Positions 28,146 to 36,882 of a stretch of 64,000 nucleotides of DNA are shown piece after piece; the first letter of the stretch is position 1; each line of letters starts with the position of its first letter. The notes beneath the pieces are model-generated. The model was not told the origin of the DNA and did not search any database. It saw only the letters and a program-made list of their open reading frames with translations. This DNA comes from Dehalococcoidia bacterium (GTDB lineage: Bacteria > Chloroflexota > Dehalococcoidia > Bin125), in contig OY820591.1 in the NCBI GenBank assembly GCA_963555985.3, forward strand, positions 1,056,001-1,120,000. Direction: 5' to 3'. A program made the translations under genes and the position numbers.

Positions 28146-28559
28146 ATGGCAAACCGACCACAACCGAGCTTCCCCGAGCCGGACACGCAGCATTTCTGGG
28201 ACGGCTGCAAGGCGGGCGAGCTGCGCTACCAGACCGACTCCGACGGCAATGTCGTCTTCTACCCGCGCGGACACTCGACCGTGACCGGCGACCGCGACTT
28301 GACCTGGAACGTCTCGTCGGGCCTGGGTACCGTCTACACCTACTCCGTCGTTCGCCAGAATCGGATGCCCGGCTTCCAGGAGCTGGGCGCGTACGCCGTG
28401 GCCTACATCGATCTTGACGAGGGTTTCCGCATGATGAGCACGGTCGTCGGCGTTGACGATCCGACCACGGATATCCACATCGGCCAGCGCGTCCAGGTCG
28501 AGTTCGAGGAGCAAGCGGGCGACGACGCCTACCCGATTCCGGTCTTCCGTCCGCTCTAG
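28146..28559 (+). CDS. DUF35/OB-fold thiolase partner protein
   Basis: FWDG..GEL, SSGLGTVYTYSVV, AYIDLDEG.RMMS, IGQRVQVEF, PVFRP; follows the thiolase. Confidence 0.88.
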   Translation: MANRPQPSFPEPDTQHFWDGCKAGELRYQTDSDGNVVFYPRGHSTVTGDRDLTWNVSSGLGTVYTYSVVRQNRMPGFQELGAYAVAYIDLDEGFRMMSTVVGVDDPTTDIHIGQRVQVEFEEQAGDDAYPIPVFRPL

Positions 28560-28613
28560 CGGCGGCTGTCCCCAACGAGGTTCTGTTATCTCGGACACAA
28601 GTTCGCGGGCGCG

Positions 28614-28634
28614 CTTATCGATTGACTCGATAAG
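28614..28634. promoter_or_regulatory. Operator-like inverted repeat upstream of the ABC exporter
   Basis: CTTATCGA-ttgac-TCGATAAG. Confidence 0.45.
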
Positions 28635-28643
28635 ATTGCTGAC

Positions 28644-29723
28644 ATGTCCATCCGCAACGAGTCCTCAAACAGCGTTGCGCAGTCGCTGATCGCTTGGCCG
28701 CTCGCGCGTCCGGCGGCGCAGCACCGCTCGGCTGCGCCTCTGGTGATCGAGGCGCACGGCCTGGTCAAGCACTTCGGCGAGATCAAGGCGGTGAACGGGA
28801 TTGACCTGCGCGTACGTCCGGGGCAGGTGTTTGGCTTTCTCGGACAGAACGGCAGCGGCAAGACCACGACTGTGCGCATGTTGACCACGCTGCTGCGTCC
28901 GACCGAGGGCTCGGCGCGAGTCGCGGGCTTTGACATCTACACGCAAGCCCAGCAGATTCGCCGCGTGATCGGCGTGGCGTTGCAGGAAGCGGGCCTCGAC
29001 ATCCTCCAGACCGGCCGCGAGCTGCTGCGACTGCAATCGCGCTTGTACAACGTGCCTCGCGGCCAGATCGAAGATCGAGTCGCCCATCTGCTTGATGTAG
29101 TCGACTTGAGTGAAGATGCCGACCGGCGGATCGGCGGCTACTCCGGGGGGATGCAGCGCCGGCTCGACTTGGCCTCTGCCCTGGTGCATTCACCCTCGAT
29201 CATCTTCCTCGACGAACCGACGACCGGACTCGATCCCGTCTCCCGCCAAAGCTTGTGGGAGTACATCCAGCGGCTGAATCGTGAGGACGGCGTGACTTTT
29301 TTCCTCACCACTCAGTATCTGGAGGAAGCGGATCAGCTCTGCGATGAGATCGCCATCCTCGACGCGGGAGAAGTGGTCCAGCAGGGGACTCCCGACCAGC
29401 TCAAGGCCACGGTCTCGGCAGATGTGATCTACGTGCAGGTGGAGGGAGACGAGCTCCAGCAACAGCGGGCGGTCGGCGCCCTGATTTCGTTGCCGAATGT
29501 CGAGGACGCGCGCTGGGACTTTGACGAGGGCGTCGCGATCTACACCAAGAGCGGACACGACACGCTGCCGCTGGTCGTGCGCACGCTTGACGATCAGGCA
29601 TTGCCGTTCAGCAACCTCCGACTCGCCCGCGCGACGCTCGATGACGTGTTCTTCAAGGCGACGGGGCACAGGATCGATCCGGGGGAGCCGGGCGCACAGA
29701 CCGCGCAAGGGGGTGGGTTGTGA
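28644..29723 (+). CDS. ABC exporter ATP-binding subunit (DrrA family)
   Basis: GQNGSGKTT, YSGGMQRR, IFLDEPTTGLD. Start uncertain. Confidence 0.92.
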   Translation: MSIRNESSNSVAQSLIAWPLARPAAQHRSAAPLVIEAHGLVKHFGEIKAVNGIDLRVRPGQVFGFLGQNGSGKTTTVRMLTTLLRPTEGSARVAGFDIYTQAQQIRRVIGVALQEAGLDILQTGRELLRLQSRLYNVPRGQIEDRVAHLLDVVDLSEDADRRIGGYSGGMQRRLDLASALVHSPSIIFLDEPTTGLDPVSRQSLWEYIQRLNREDGVTFFLTTQYLEEADQLCDEIAILDAGEVVQQGTPDQLKATVSADVIYVQVEGDELQQQRAVGALISLPNVEDARWDFDEGVAIYTKSGHDTLPLVVRTLDDQALPFSNLRLARATLDDVFFKATGHRIDPGEPGAQTAQGGGL

Positions 29724-30610
29724 GTTCGGTCCAGGCCTCCGAGCCTCGAGCGCTATCGGCAGCGCAGGAGCCGGGCCCGCTTGGGGTGCTGCTGCACGCG
29801 CGCTATCTCGCCGGACGCGCCATTCGCGAGTCGCTGCGGCAGCCCGGGGTCGAGATCACCAACGTCTTTATCCCGTTGTTTTTCCTCGCCGTGTCAACAG
29901 GGGCGATCGCTGGTTTCTCCGAGCGCGGCTTCGGGGTGCAAAACTACCTCGCCTTCCAGTTGCCTGTGGCGGTCTTACAGGCCGTCGCGGGATCATCTTC
30001 CGCCTCCGGGATCGCGATCGTGCTCGACATGGAGCGCGGCTACTTCGACAAGCTGCTGCTCACGCCGGCCTCGCGTTGGTCGCTGATCATCGGCCGTGTC
30101 TGGGCCGACGCAGTGCGGGCGATCTTCTTCGCCTCGATCATGCTGATCGCCGCCCTGATCGCCGGTTCCGGTATGGCCTCCGGCGTGGTCGGGGTCGTTG
30201 TGATTCTGGTGATCGCGGGCTTGTTCGGCGGCGCCTACAGCGGGATCGGCATCTTCATTGCCATGCGCACCGGCAATGCCCAGGCGGCGCAGGCTGGTTT
30301 CCTCTTGTTCTTCCCTCTGCTCTTTATGGCGCCGGCCTTCGCGCCGCTGGCCGTCTTCGACGATTGGCTGCGCTGGATCGCGACCGTCAATCCTGTGACC
30401 TACATCATGGAGGGTATGCGCGGGTTGGTGATGGAAGGCTATGGCTGGCCGGTGACTGAAGGCGGTCAGATGGTGATCGGTCCCGATGGCAGACCGCTGA
30501 CCGAGGATCCGCCGGGGCTGCATTGGGCCTTCGTCTCGCTGGCCGGCTTCAGCGTTTTCACCCTGACCATCGCCTCGCTCGCCCTCCGCGCCCGCACCCG
30601 CGCCGACTGA
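29720..30610 (+). CDS. ABC-2 type permease
   Basis: Multiple TM segments; ERGYFDKLLLTP, NPVTY; overlaps the ATPase stop. Confidence 0.9.
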   Translation: MSSVQASEPRALSAAQEPGPLGVLLHARYLAGRAIRESLRQPGVEITNVFIPLFFLAVSTGAIAGFSERGFGVQNYLAFQLPVAVLQAVAGSSSASGIAIVLDMERGYFDKLLLTPASRWSLIIGRVWADAVRAIFFASIMLIAALIAGSGMASGVVGVVVILVIAGLFGGAYSGIGIFIAMRTGNAQAAQAGFLLFFPLLFMAPAFAPLAVFDDWLRWIATVNPVTYIMEGMRGLVMEGYGWPVTEGGQMVIGPDGRPLTEDPPGLHWAFVSLAGFSVFTLTIASLALRARTRAD

Positions 30611-30673
30611 GCGCTGCGTTGATACCATGACGCGCACGAGCGTTGGTATCGAGCAGACGGAGGGCGAGTCACG

Positions 30674-31396
30674 ATGTCGCAACGAGCCAAACTGTTGGGT
30701 GTCGCCGCAATCGGCGTCATTATCGGAGCGGCGGCGCTGGCCGTCGTCGCCGCGATGGGGCATGGATCCGAGGTTGAGATCCAGGCGCGGCGGCACGCCG
30801 ACGGGCGGGTCGAGGTGGCGCTCAAGGACAGCGACGGACAGCGTCATCTGCCGGAACAGCGATTCCTCGCGCCCGACGCGACCGAGGGAGTCTGGCACTC
30901 CAGCACGCCGCTAGAGATCGCCGACTCCGAGGCTGTAGATCCGGCCGCCGTGGGCGCCACCGCGACCGCGCGGATGCACGGCCCCGACGGGACCGAGATG
31001 GGCCAGGTCACGCTGATCCAGGGACCGCGCGGCGTCCTCATCCAGGCGCGGCTGAGCGGCGTGCCGGAGGGTTGGCATGGATTCCACATCCACGAAACGG
31101 GATCCTGCGAGCCGGACTTCTCGGCCGCCGGCGGCCATTACAACCCGATGGGCATCGGCCACGGCGTCCTGCATGAGGACGGGCATCACCCGGGCGACAC
31201 GGTCAACGTCTACGCCCACGCCGACGGCACGGCCAACGCCGACCAGTACACGGTCGATGCGACGCTGGGTTCGGGCGCGACCACACTGTTCGACGCCGAC
31301 GGCTCGGCGATCATCGTCCACGAGGGCCCGGACAGCTACGGCGCAGACCCCGGCGCGGGCGCGCGGATCGCCTGCGGCGTGATCACGCTGAACTGA
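30674..31396 (+). CDS. sodC: Secreted Cu/Zn superoxide dismutase with an N-terminal unnamed ~50-aa module
   Basis: HGFHIHE, GGHYNP, HPGD, IIVHEGPD, GARIACGVI; signal peptide. Confidence 0.9.
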   Translation: MSQRAKLLGVAAIGVIIGAAALAVVAAMGHGSEVEIQARRHADGRVEVALKDSDGQRHLPEQRFLAPDATEGVWHSSTPLEIADSEAVDPAAVGATATARMHGPDGTEMGQVTLIQGPRGVLIQARLSGVPEGWHGFHIHETGSCEPDFSAAGGHYNPMGIGHGVLHEDGHHPGDTVNVYAHADGTANADQYTVDATLGSGATTLFDADGSAIIVHEGPDSYGADPGAGARIACGVITLN

Positions 31397-31460
31397 ACCT
31401 CGGCTAAGATTGATCCGGCAACCATTGCGGCCTTCGCGCCGCGTCCATAAGGAGCATTCG

Positions 31461-31859
31461 ATGACCCTGACCGTCTCCGCCCACTGCGACCTGCCCTGCG
31501 GCGTCTACGACCCCGCTCAGGCCAAAATCGAGGCCATGTCCGTCCTCAAGTCGATGGAGAAGTACAACGACTCCGACGACCACGACTTCAAGGCCCGCTG
31601 CACGATCGTCAAGGAGCAGCGCGCCGAGGAGGTCAAGCACCACCTCTGGGTGCTGTGGACCGACTTCTTCAAGCCGCACCACCTGGAGGCCGACGCCTCG
31701 ATCCACGAGCTGATGTGGAACGCGACCAAGGTCGCGGGCGAGGCCAAGAAGACCAACGACGTGGCCAAGGGCCAGGAGCTGATCGACCTGATCGACCAGA
31801 TCAGCGAAAAGTTCTGGGCCACCGCCGAGGGTCCTGGGGCTGGCGTCTACGCACAGTAG
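31461..31859 (+). CDS. sodN: Nickel superoxide dismutase precursor
   Basis: Ni-hook HCDLPCGVYDP, VLWTDFFK; AAGGAG SD. Confidence 0.95.
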   Translation: MTLTVSAHCDLPCGVYDPAQAKIEAMSVLKSMEKYNDSDDHDFKARCTIVKEQRAEEVKHHLWVLWTDFFKPHHLEADASIHELMWNATKVAGEAKKTNDVAKGQELIDLIDQISEKFWATAEGPGAGVYAQ

Positions 31860-31880
31860 TTCCCTCGACAAGGGAGTCTG

Positions 31881-31905
31881 AGCGGCCCGTCAATGGCGGG
31901 TCGCT
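31881..31905 (+). terminator. Hairpin after sodN
   Basis: AGCGGCCCGTCA/TGGCGGGTCGCT stem with G-U pairs. Confidence 0.45.
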
Positions 31906-31949
31906 TGGCGTGTGCTGTGGCAAATCAGGGCGGGTGACGAGCTGGCCAC

Positions 31950-31977
31950 TTGACACGGACCGAGAGTCTGTTACTCT
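31950..31977 (+). promoter_or_regulatory. Sigma70-like promoter TTGACA-N16-TACTCT with extended TG
   Basis: Perfect -35; TGnTACTCT; predicted +1 coincides with the start of the structured element. Confidence 0.6.
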
Positions 31978-31983
31978 TACACC

Positions 31984-32042
31984 GCGCCCGGGGCGAGACG
32001 CTGAGCGACTCGCATCGGAACTGTGTTTCCGGTCCTGGGCGC
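31984..32042 (+). ncRNA. Three-way-junction RNA upstream of the DUF3800 gene (candidate DUF3800-associated RNA)
   Basis: P1 GCGCCCGGG/CCTGGGCGC, P2 GCGAG(a)CGC/GCG(a)CTCGC, P3 ATCGGAA/TTCCGGT; no unpaired junction bases. Confidence 0.6.
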
Positions 32043-32062
32043 TTTCTCGTGGAAGAAATTAT

Positions 32063-32914
32063 ATGCAACTGTGCTATCTCGATGAATCAGGTACCCCCGA
32101 GCAGCCTGGGAACAGTTCACACTATGTACTTGTTGGCTTGTCAATTCCAGACGAATATTGGAAGCGTCATTTCGACGAGATTGAAGAGATTAAGGGGCGC
32201 TACGACCTGCAGGACAGCGAAATTCACGTCGCTTGGATGATGAGGCCTTACCCCGAACAGATTGCGATCTCAGACTTTGAATCCCTGAGCTTAGATGCGC
32301 GCCGCAGTGAAGTTCGAAAGTACCGAGCTAGCCGGAGATACTCGCGCCAGGAAAAAAGGAACCTCCGAAAGACTGGGCCTTACACTCATCTCACACTCGA
32401 AGAACGACGCCGAGTGGTCCGAGAGTTGGCACAACTCATATCAGGTTGGGGCGTGTCTAGGCTGTTTGCGGAGTGTATCGATAAGACACACTTTGACCAG
32501 GCCATTACAGGCACAACCGTCCACGAGCAAGCGTTCGAGCAGGTGGTTTCCCGTTTTGAACTATACCTACAGAATCGGCAGCAGGGTTTCGGAATCCTCA
32601 TCCATGACAATAACGAAACAGTGGCTAAGAGACACACTGACCTGATGCGGTCGTTCTTGCAGCGAGGCACGTTGTGGACCGAACTCCGCTACGTGATCGA
32701 AACTCCAATGTTCGTCGACAGCGCCCTCACGGGCATGATCCAGATGGCCGATCTTTGCGCCTATGCACTGCGACGGTACTTGGAAAATTCCGAGACGGAG
32801 TTGTTCGATTTGGTGTTCATCAGAGCAGATCGGGTTGGAGAGACTGCTGTCGGAGTCCGGCACTTTACACGCCCGGGATGCGAGTGCAGGATTTGTCAGG
32901 CGCACCGTCAATAG
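32063..32914 (+). CDS. DUF3800 domain protein (RNase H-like)
   Basis: YLDESG, EIH, IHD, IQMADLCAY; C-terminal H..CxCxxC; lower GC than flanks. Confidence 0.88.
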   Translation: MQLCYLDESGTPEQPGNSSHYVLVGLSIPDEYWKRHFDEIEEIKGRYDLQDSEIHVAWMMRPYPEQIAISDFESLSLDARRSEVRKYRASRRYSRQEKRNLRKTGPYTHLTLEERRRVVRELAQLISGWGVSRLFAECIDKTHFDQAITGTTVHEQAFEQVVSRFELYLQNRQQGFGILIHDNNETVAKRHTDLMRSFLQRGTLWTELRYVIETPMFVDSALTGMIQMADLCAYALRRYLENSETELFDLVFIRADRVGETAVGVRHFTRPGCECRICQAHRQ

Positions 32915-32920
32915 GCAACA

Positions 32921-33130
32921 TCAGGGGCTCTTGGGCGACTTGTCCGTGCGCAAGCCAAGCTCCTCGAAGCCGATCGTGGCGTTGATGTAGTCGCGGAGCA
33001 CGATCTTGCCGGTCTCGACGTCCCCGGCGAGCAGGCAAGAAACGCCCTCTTCCAGCAGCGCCTGGCGAAACGCGAGATCGCGCTGGGCGCGAGCCTGCAC
33101 CGTCTCCCTGGAGTCACGAGTGAGCGCCAT
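32921..33130 (-). pseudogene. Truncated addiction-module antidote / transcriptional regulator
   Basis: MALTRD.RETVQAR..RD..FRQALL..LRDYINATIGFEEL...KSPKS, then a premature TGA where homologues continue LMRM..GNP. Confidence 0.7.
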
Positions 33131-33161
33131 CTTCATTCCCCTTGGCAGACGGGGGTGTGTT

Positions 33162-33238
33162 TGGTCCCCCCGGGAGGACTCGAACCTCCAGCCTGCGGAT
33201 TAGAAGTCCGCCGCTCTGTCCGCTTGAGCTACGGGGGG
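33162..33238 (-). tRNA. tRNA-Arg (anticodon TCT)
   Basis: Cloverleaf: CCCCCCG/CGGGGGG acceptor, GCTC/GAGC D-stem, GCGGA-CTTCTAA-TCCGC, GGTTCGAGTCC T-arm, encoded CCA. Confidence 0.97.
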
Positions 33239-33241
33239 CGG

Positions 33242-34603
33242 CTAGCTCTGCGGGCGGCCCGCCTGGTAGGAAGCCGCGCCCTGCTTCTCCAACGATATCG
33301 CGATCGTCCGCTCTTCCACGCGCCCGTCGGGATAGGAAAACTCCAGCGTCAGGAGGCTCCGGTGCAAGCCGGGCGGCGCGCCGCCCGCCGCTGTCTCTAG
33401 ACGCAAGCGCGACGCGATTGGCGCGTGTCCGTAGCTGCTGCCCAGCGCCGCCCCGGCGTGCAGATCGACGCTGAGCCAGCTGGGAAGCTCGAGCACTCGC
33501 CAGGGCAACAAGCCGTCCCCGCCATTTCCGATCTCCAGGACAACCCCGCCAGTGCGCAACGTCGGGCCGAGCTCCACCTCCTCGGTCTCGAACGAGAGCG
33601 TCGGCGCGCCCAATACCAACGCCCGCAGCACGGCGTAGTGCGGCGCGCCTCCCTCGATCACCGGCGCGGTCGGTATGGCCGCGAACGGCAAGTCGAAGCT
33701 CATGGCCGCGAACGGCGCTCCTCCCAGTCCGGCGTACCACTGCTCAAGCCCTTCGTAGTAACGATCGGGTTCGAGCGGCCCGCCCGGCAGCGAGAGTTCA
33801 TCCAGCGGCGGCAGCGCAACCGGCAGCGGCTGCCAAAGCCGAACGCCGTCCACGACCGGCGGATTGATGATGCAGCCCAGCACTAGCTCCTGATACGGAT
33901 AGCCGTTGCGCGCGTCATTGCAGGTGTACGGCTGCGGCCGGAACGGATCGACGTCCGGTCCCAGCGGATGGTTCGAGATCGCCCAGCCGTTGTATCCCCA
34001 GAGGGCGTAGTACCACGACTCGATGTAGGCCGGATCGCTCTGGCCGACCACTGGAAACAGCTCGTCGTCGTTCCACTTCTTGGTCAGAATCTGCGCGCCC
34101 GCAGCGATGTTGTAGGCGAAGTGAGTTCCAACGAGCGCTTCGTAGCGGCTGGGTAGCCCGCCGTCGTTGTTGATGCTGCTGGTCACCTGCATGATCCCGT
34201 AGCCGCAGTCGAACGACAGCAGCGTCGGTCCCAGCGTCCCGTACGCGACGTGGATCTGGGTCTGGTTGATCTTGCTTTCGATCCAACCGATCGCGTGGAG
34301 AATCTGCGCGGGAATCATGGCGCTGGGGTCTTCGGCGCGCGCGCTTCCGGTCTCGAGCGGCGGCAAGGCAAACTCGAGATCAGTCGGGAACAGCTGGTTC
34401 GCGCCGGCTAAGACCTGCGCTTGGAGATAGAGCGCCCGCGATCGGTCCGCCTCGAACGACTGGAACGCGAACGGCGGGCCGCCGCCGCTGTACGGACAGA
34501 CGCTCGGAGCCGCGCTCGCGCGTTGCACGCGGAGCGACTGTCCGGCCTCGAAGCCGGCCAGCAAGAGCGCGCAGCCAAGCAGCGCCCAGATCGCCAGCCT
34601 CAC
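33242..34603 (-). CDS. Secreted lysozyme/SLT-like protein with C-terminal BACON/Ig-like domain
   Basis: AIGWIES, GYGIMQV, NIAAGAQIL, ALWGYNG; NGGDGLLPW..PSWLSV. GTG start overlaps the upstream TGA. Confidence 0.72.
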   Translation of the reverse strand: MRLAIWALLGCALLLAGFEAGQSLRVQRASAAPSVCPYSGGGPPFAFQSFEADRSRALYLQAQVLAGANQLFPTDLEFALPPLETGSARAEDPSAMIPAQILHAIGWIESKINQTQIHVAYGTLGPTLLSFDCGYGIMQVTSSINNDGGLPSRYEALVGTHFAYNIAAGAQILTKKWNDDELFPVVGQSDPAYIESWYYALWGYNGWAISNHPLGPDVDPFRPQPYTCNDARNGYPYQELVLGCIINPPVVDGVRLWQPLPVALPPLDELSLPGGPLEPDRYYEGLEQWYAGLGGAPFAAMSFDLPFAAIPTAPVIEGGAPHYAVLRALVLGAPTLSFETEEVELGPTLRTGGVVLEIGNGGDGLLPWRVLELPSWLSVDLHAGAALGSSYGHAPIASRLRLETAAGGAPPGLHRSLLTLEFSYPDGRVEERTIAISLEKQGAASYQAGRPQS

Positions 34604-35823
34604 TCGTGCCACCAGCCGAACAACCGCAGGTTGGCGTCCTGCGCCGTGATCAGCGCGCCCTCGGGACCGCGTACCGCCGCTCGTTCCCCTCCTGGAGCGC
34701 CGGGACCTGAGCCGCTGAACGACCGCAGCGCCAGCCAGCGCCCGCTTGGATCCCAACTCAGCGGCAGCGTGAACCCTTGCGCGCGATCCAATTCACCGGA
34801 CCACGAGCCGAAGTGCAAGCCTCCATCCGGCCGCCAGACGGGAGCGGCGCTGTTGGGGATGCCGCTGCCGCCGGATACATCCGAAACGGCCATGCGCGCC
34901 GCCGTACCGCTGGCGCTCGACAGCAGCAGCGGCGAATCCGCCGAACTGTCGCTCAAGGCCGTCACCCGCACCGACAATTCCACTCCCTGCTGTTCGCCGA
35001 AGGCCAACAACGTCCCGTCAGGCGAGAGCGCCCAATCGCGCGATCCATGATCTGAGATCCGGGTTCGTTTCTGCACCACTGCACGGCCATCGACTAGGGA
35101 AAGCGCTACCAGCGACGTACCCCAGGCATCGATGGTGGTCGCCCAGACCGTGCTGCCGCGCATCGCCACTGCATACACGCCGCCAACGCCGACCGGAGAC
35201 CACCGCGCCGCCTCCGCGCCGCTCTTTGCCTCTAGCACAAGCAAACTCTGCCCGTGACGCACCAACAGATGCTCGCCGTCGTCGGACCAGAGCACGCCCC
35301 CGCTCAGATCGAGGCCGGTGAGTACGCGCCTCACGCCGCGTTCCGTAATCAGATCGAGCGCCGCCTGAGTCGCTGGTTCCCAACTCCCGGGCGGCAGCGA
35401 GAGCACGGCGGCGACCGATGCGTTGGGAGCCGTTGCCGCTTCGATATCCCAGTCCGGCGCGTGCGGCACATCCGCCAATCGCGTGCGCTCACCTTGTAAA
35501 TCGTCGGCGGGTACCAACCAGAGCGTGGATCGAGTGTCGTGAAACTCGCCTGCAAGCAGTCTGGGCGCGCCGCTCTCGCGTTGGCCGAATTCAAACTCAA
35601 ACGTCGTTGCGGGCGCGAACAGACCCAACAGTAGTCCCACCACCGGCAGTGCGAGGAGCGCCGCCCACGGCAACATCCGACGCCTGGTCAGCGGCCGTCC
35701 GCGCCTACGAGAGAGTCGCCGGAGTTGGAGGAGCATCTGCTGCGTCGGCCCCGCCAGGCCAAGCGCCGCCACTCTATCACGCGGCGCGAATGGCTTCCGC
35801 GCTGCTAGGCTGAGCGTGTTCAA
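34600..35823 (-). CDS. Membrane-anchored beta-propeller-like hypothetical protein (start uncertain)
   Basis: N-terminal TM; WSDDG, LSPDG, WRPDG, WDPSG blade-like motifs. Confidence 0.6.
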   Translation of the reverse strand: MNTLSLAARKPFAPRDRVAALGLAGPTQQMLLQLRRLSRRRGRPLTRRRMLPWAALLALPVVGLLLGLFAPATTFEFEFGQRESGAPRLLAGEFHDTRSTLWLVPADDLQGERTRLADVPHAPDWDIEAATAPNASVAAVLSLPPGSWEPATQAALDLITERGVRRVLTGLDLSGGVLWSDDGEHLLVRHGQSLLVLEAKSGAEAARWSPVGVGGVYAVAMRGSTVWATTIDAWGTSLVALSLVDGRAVVQKRTRISDHGSRDWALSPDGTLLAFGEQQGVELSVRVTALSDSSADSPLLLSSASGTAARMAVSDVSGGSGIPNSAAPVWRPDGGLHFGSWSGELDRAQGFTLPLSWDPSGRWLALRSFSGSGPGAPGGERAAVRGPEGALITAQDANLRLFGWWHE

Positions 35824-35856
35824 CCCGCAATCTCCCCCTCAGCTCGGAGGCGGCCT

Positions 35857-36882
35857 GTGGCCCGAATCACGATCATCGGTCTCGGATATATCGGCGGCTC
35901 GATCGGCCTCGGATTGCGCCAGGCCAACCTCAAGAACACCGACATCGTCGGCTTTGACGACTGGCGCCGTGCTCGCAACGCCGCCAACAAGCAGAACGTC
36001 GTCGACCAGACGGCCGGCTCACTGCGTGAGGCGGTGGATGGCGCTGGCCTGGTTGTGCTCGCGACGCCGCCCGCAGCGACCGAGGAGATACTGAGAGAAA
36101 TCGCCCCGTATCTCGGTCGCGGAGCGGCCGTGACCGACACCGCTGCCTCAAAGGCGCAAGTGCTGCGCTGGGCCAAGCAGGAACTGCCCGCCGGCGTCTC
36201 CTTCATCGGAGGACATCCAATGGCCGGCGACGCGGCTGCCTTTGGCATCGAGAATGCCTCTGCCACCTTGTTTCAGGGCAAGCGCTGGTTCGTCAGCCCC
36301 TCAGCCGACGCCTCCGACGCCGCCGTGAAATCCGTCCTCGGCATGATCCGCGAGTTGGGCGCCACGCCGCATTTCCTCTCCGACGAAGAGCACGACTACG
36401 TCGTCGCGGGCGCATCGCATCTCCCCCTGATCGTTTCGACCGCCCTTTTCACGCTCTTGCGCGGATCGGACGGCTGGCCCGATTTCGGTCGCGGCGCCGG
36501 CGACACCTTCCGCAAAATGACCGAGTTCAACAACGGCGACCCCTCACTCACGACCGAGATCGCCGTCACCAACCGTGAGCAGTTGCAACACTGGATCGAC
36601 CGCTTCGTGCTCGAACTGCATCGCGTCCGCAACCTGCTCGACAGCGACGAAGAAGAGATCTTCCGGGAGTACTCCACCGCCCAGATCAACTACGCCAAGT
36701 TCCTCTCCGGCGACGATCTCGATCCCGACCAGGCGCATCAGCAGGACATCCCCGACGCCACTTCCCAAATGGCCGCCTTGCTTGTCAGCCAGCGGGTGTA
36801 TGACCGCGTGCGCGACATGACCAAGCGCTCCGAAGCGCGCGAGAAGGAGCAGCGCCGCGGGCGCTTCGGACGCTCACGGTGA
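35857..36882 (+). CDS. tyrA: Prephenate/arogenate dehydrogenase
   Basis: IIGLGYIGGS, DTAASK, GGHPMAG, EHD...SHLP. Confidence 0.9.
   Translation: MARITIIGLGYIGGSIGLGLRQANLKNTDIVGFDDWRRARNAANKQNVVDQTAGSLREAVDGAGLVVLATPPAATEEILREIAPYLGRGAAVTDTAASKAQVLRWAKQELPAGVSFIGGHPMAGDAAAFGIENASATLFQGKRWFVSPSADASDAAVKSVLGMIRELGATPHFLSDEEHDYVVAGASHLPLIVSTALFTLLRGSDGWPDFGRGAGDTFRKMTEFNNGDPSLTTEIAVTNREQLQHWIDRFVLELHRVRNLLDSDEEEIFREYSTAQINYAKFLSGDDLDPDQAHQQDIPDATSQMAALLVSQRVYDRVRDMTKRSEAREKEQRRGRFGRSR

Noticed and set aside
31655-32062. Long N-terminal extension of the DUF3800 ORF
   Set aside because: Overlaps sodN, its hairpin and the promoter; the family starts at MQLCYLDESG.
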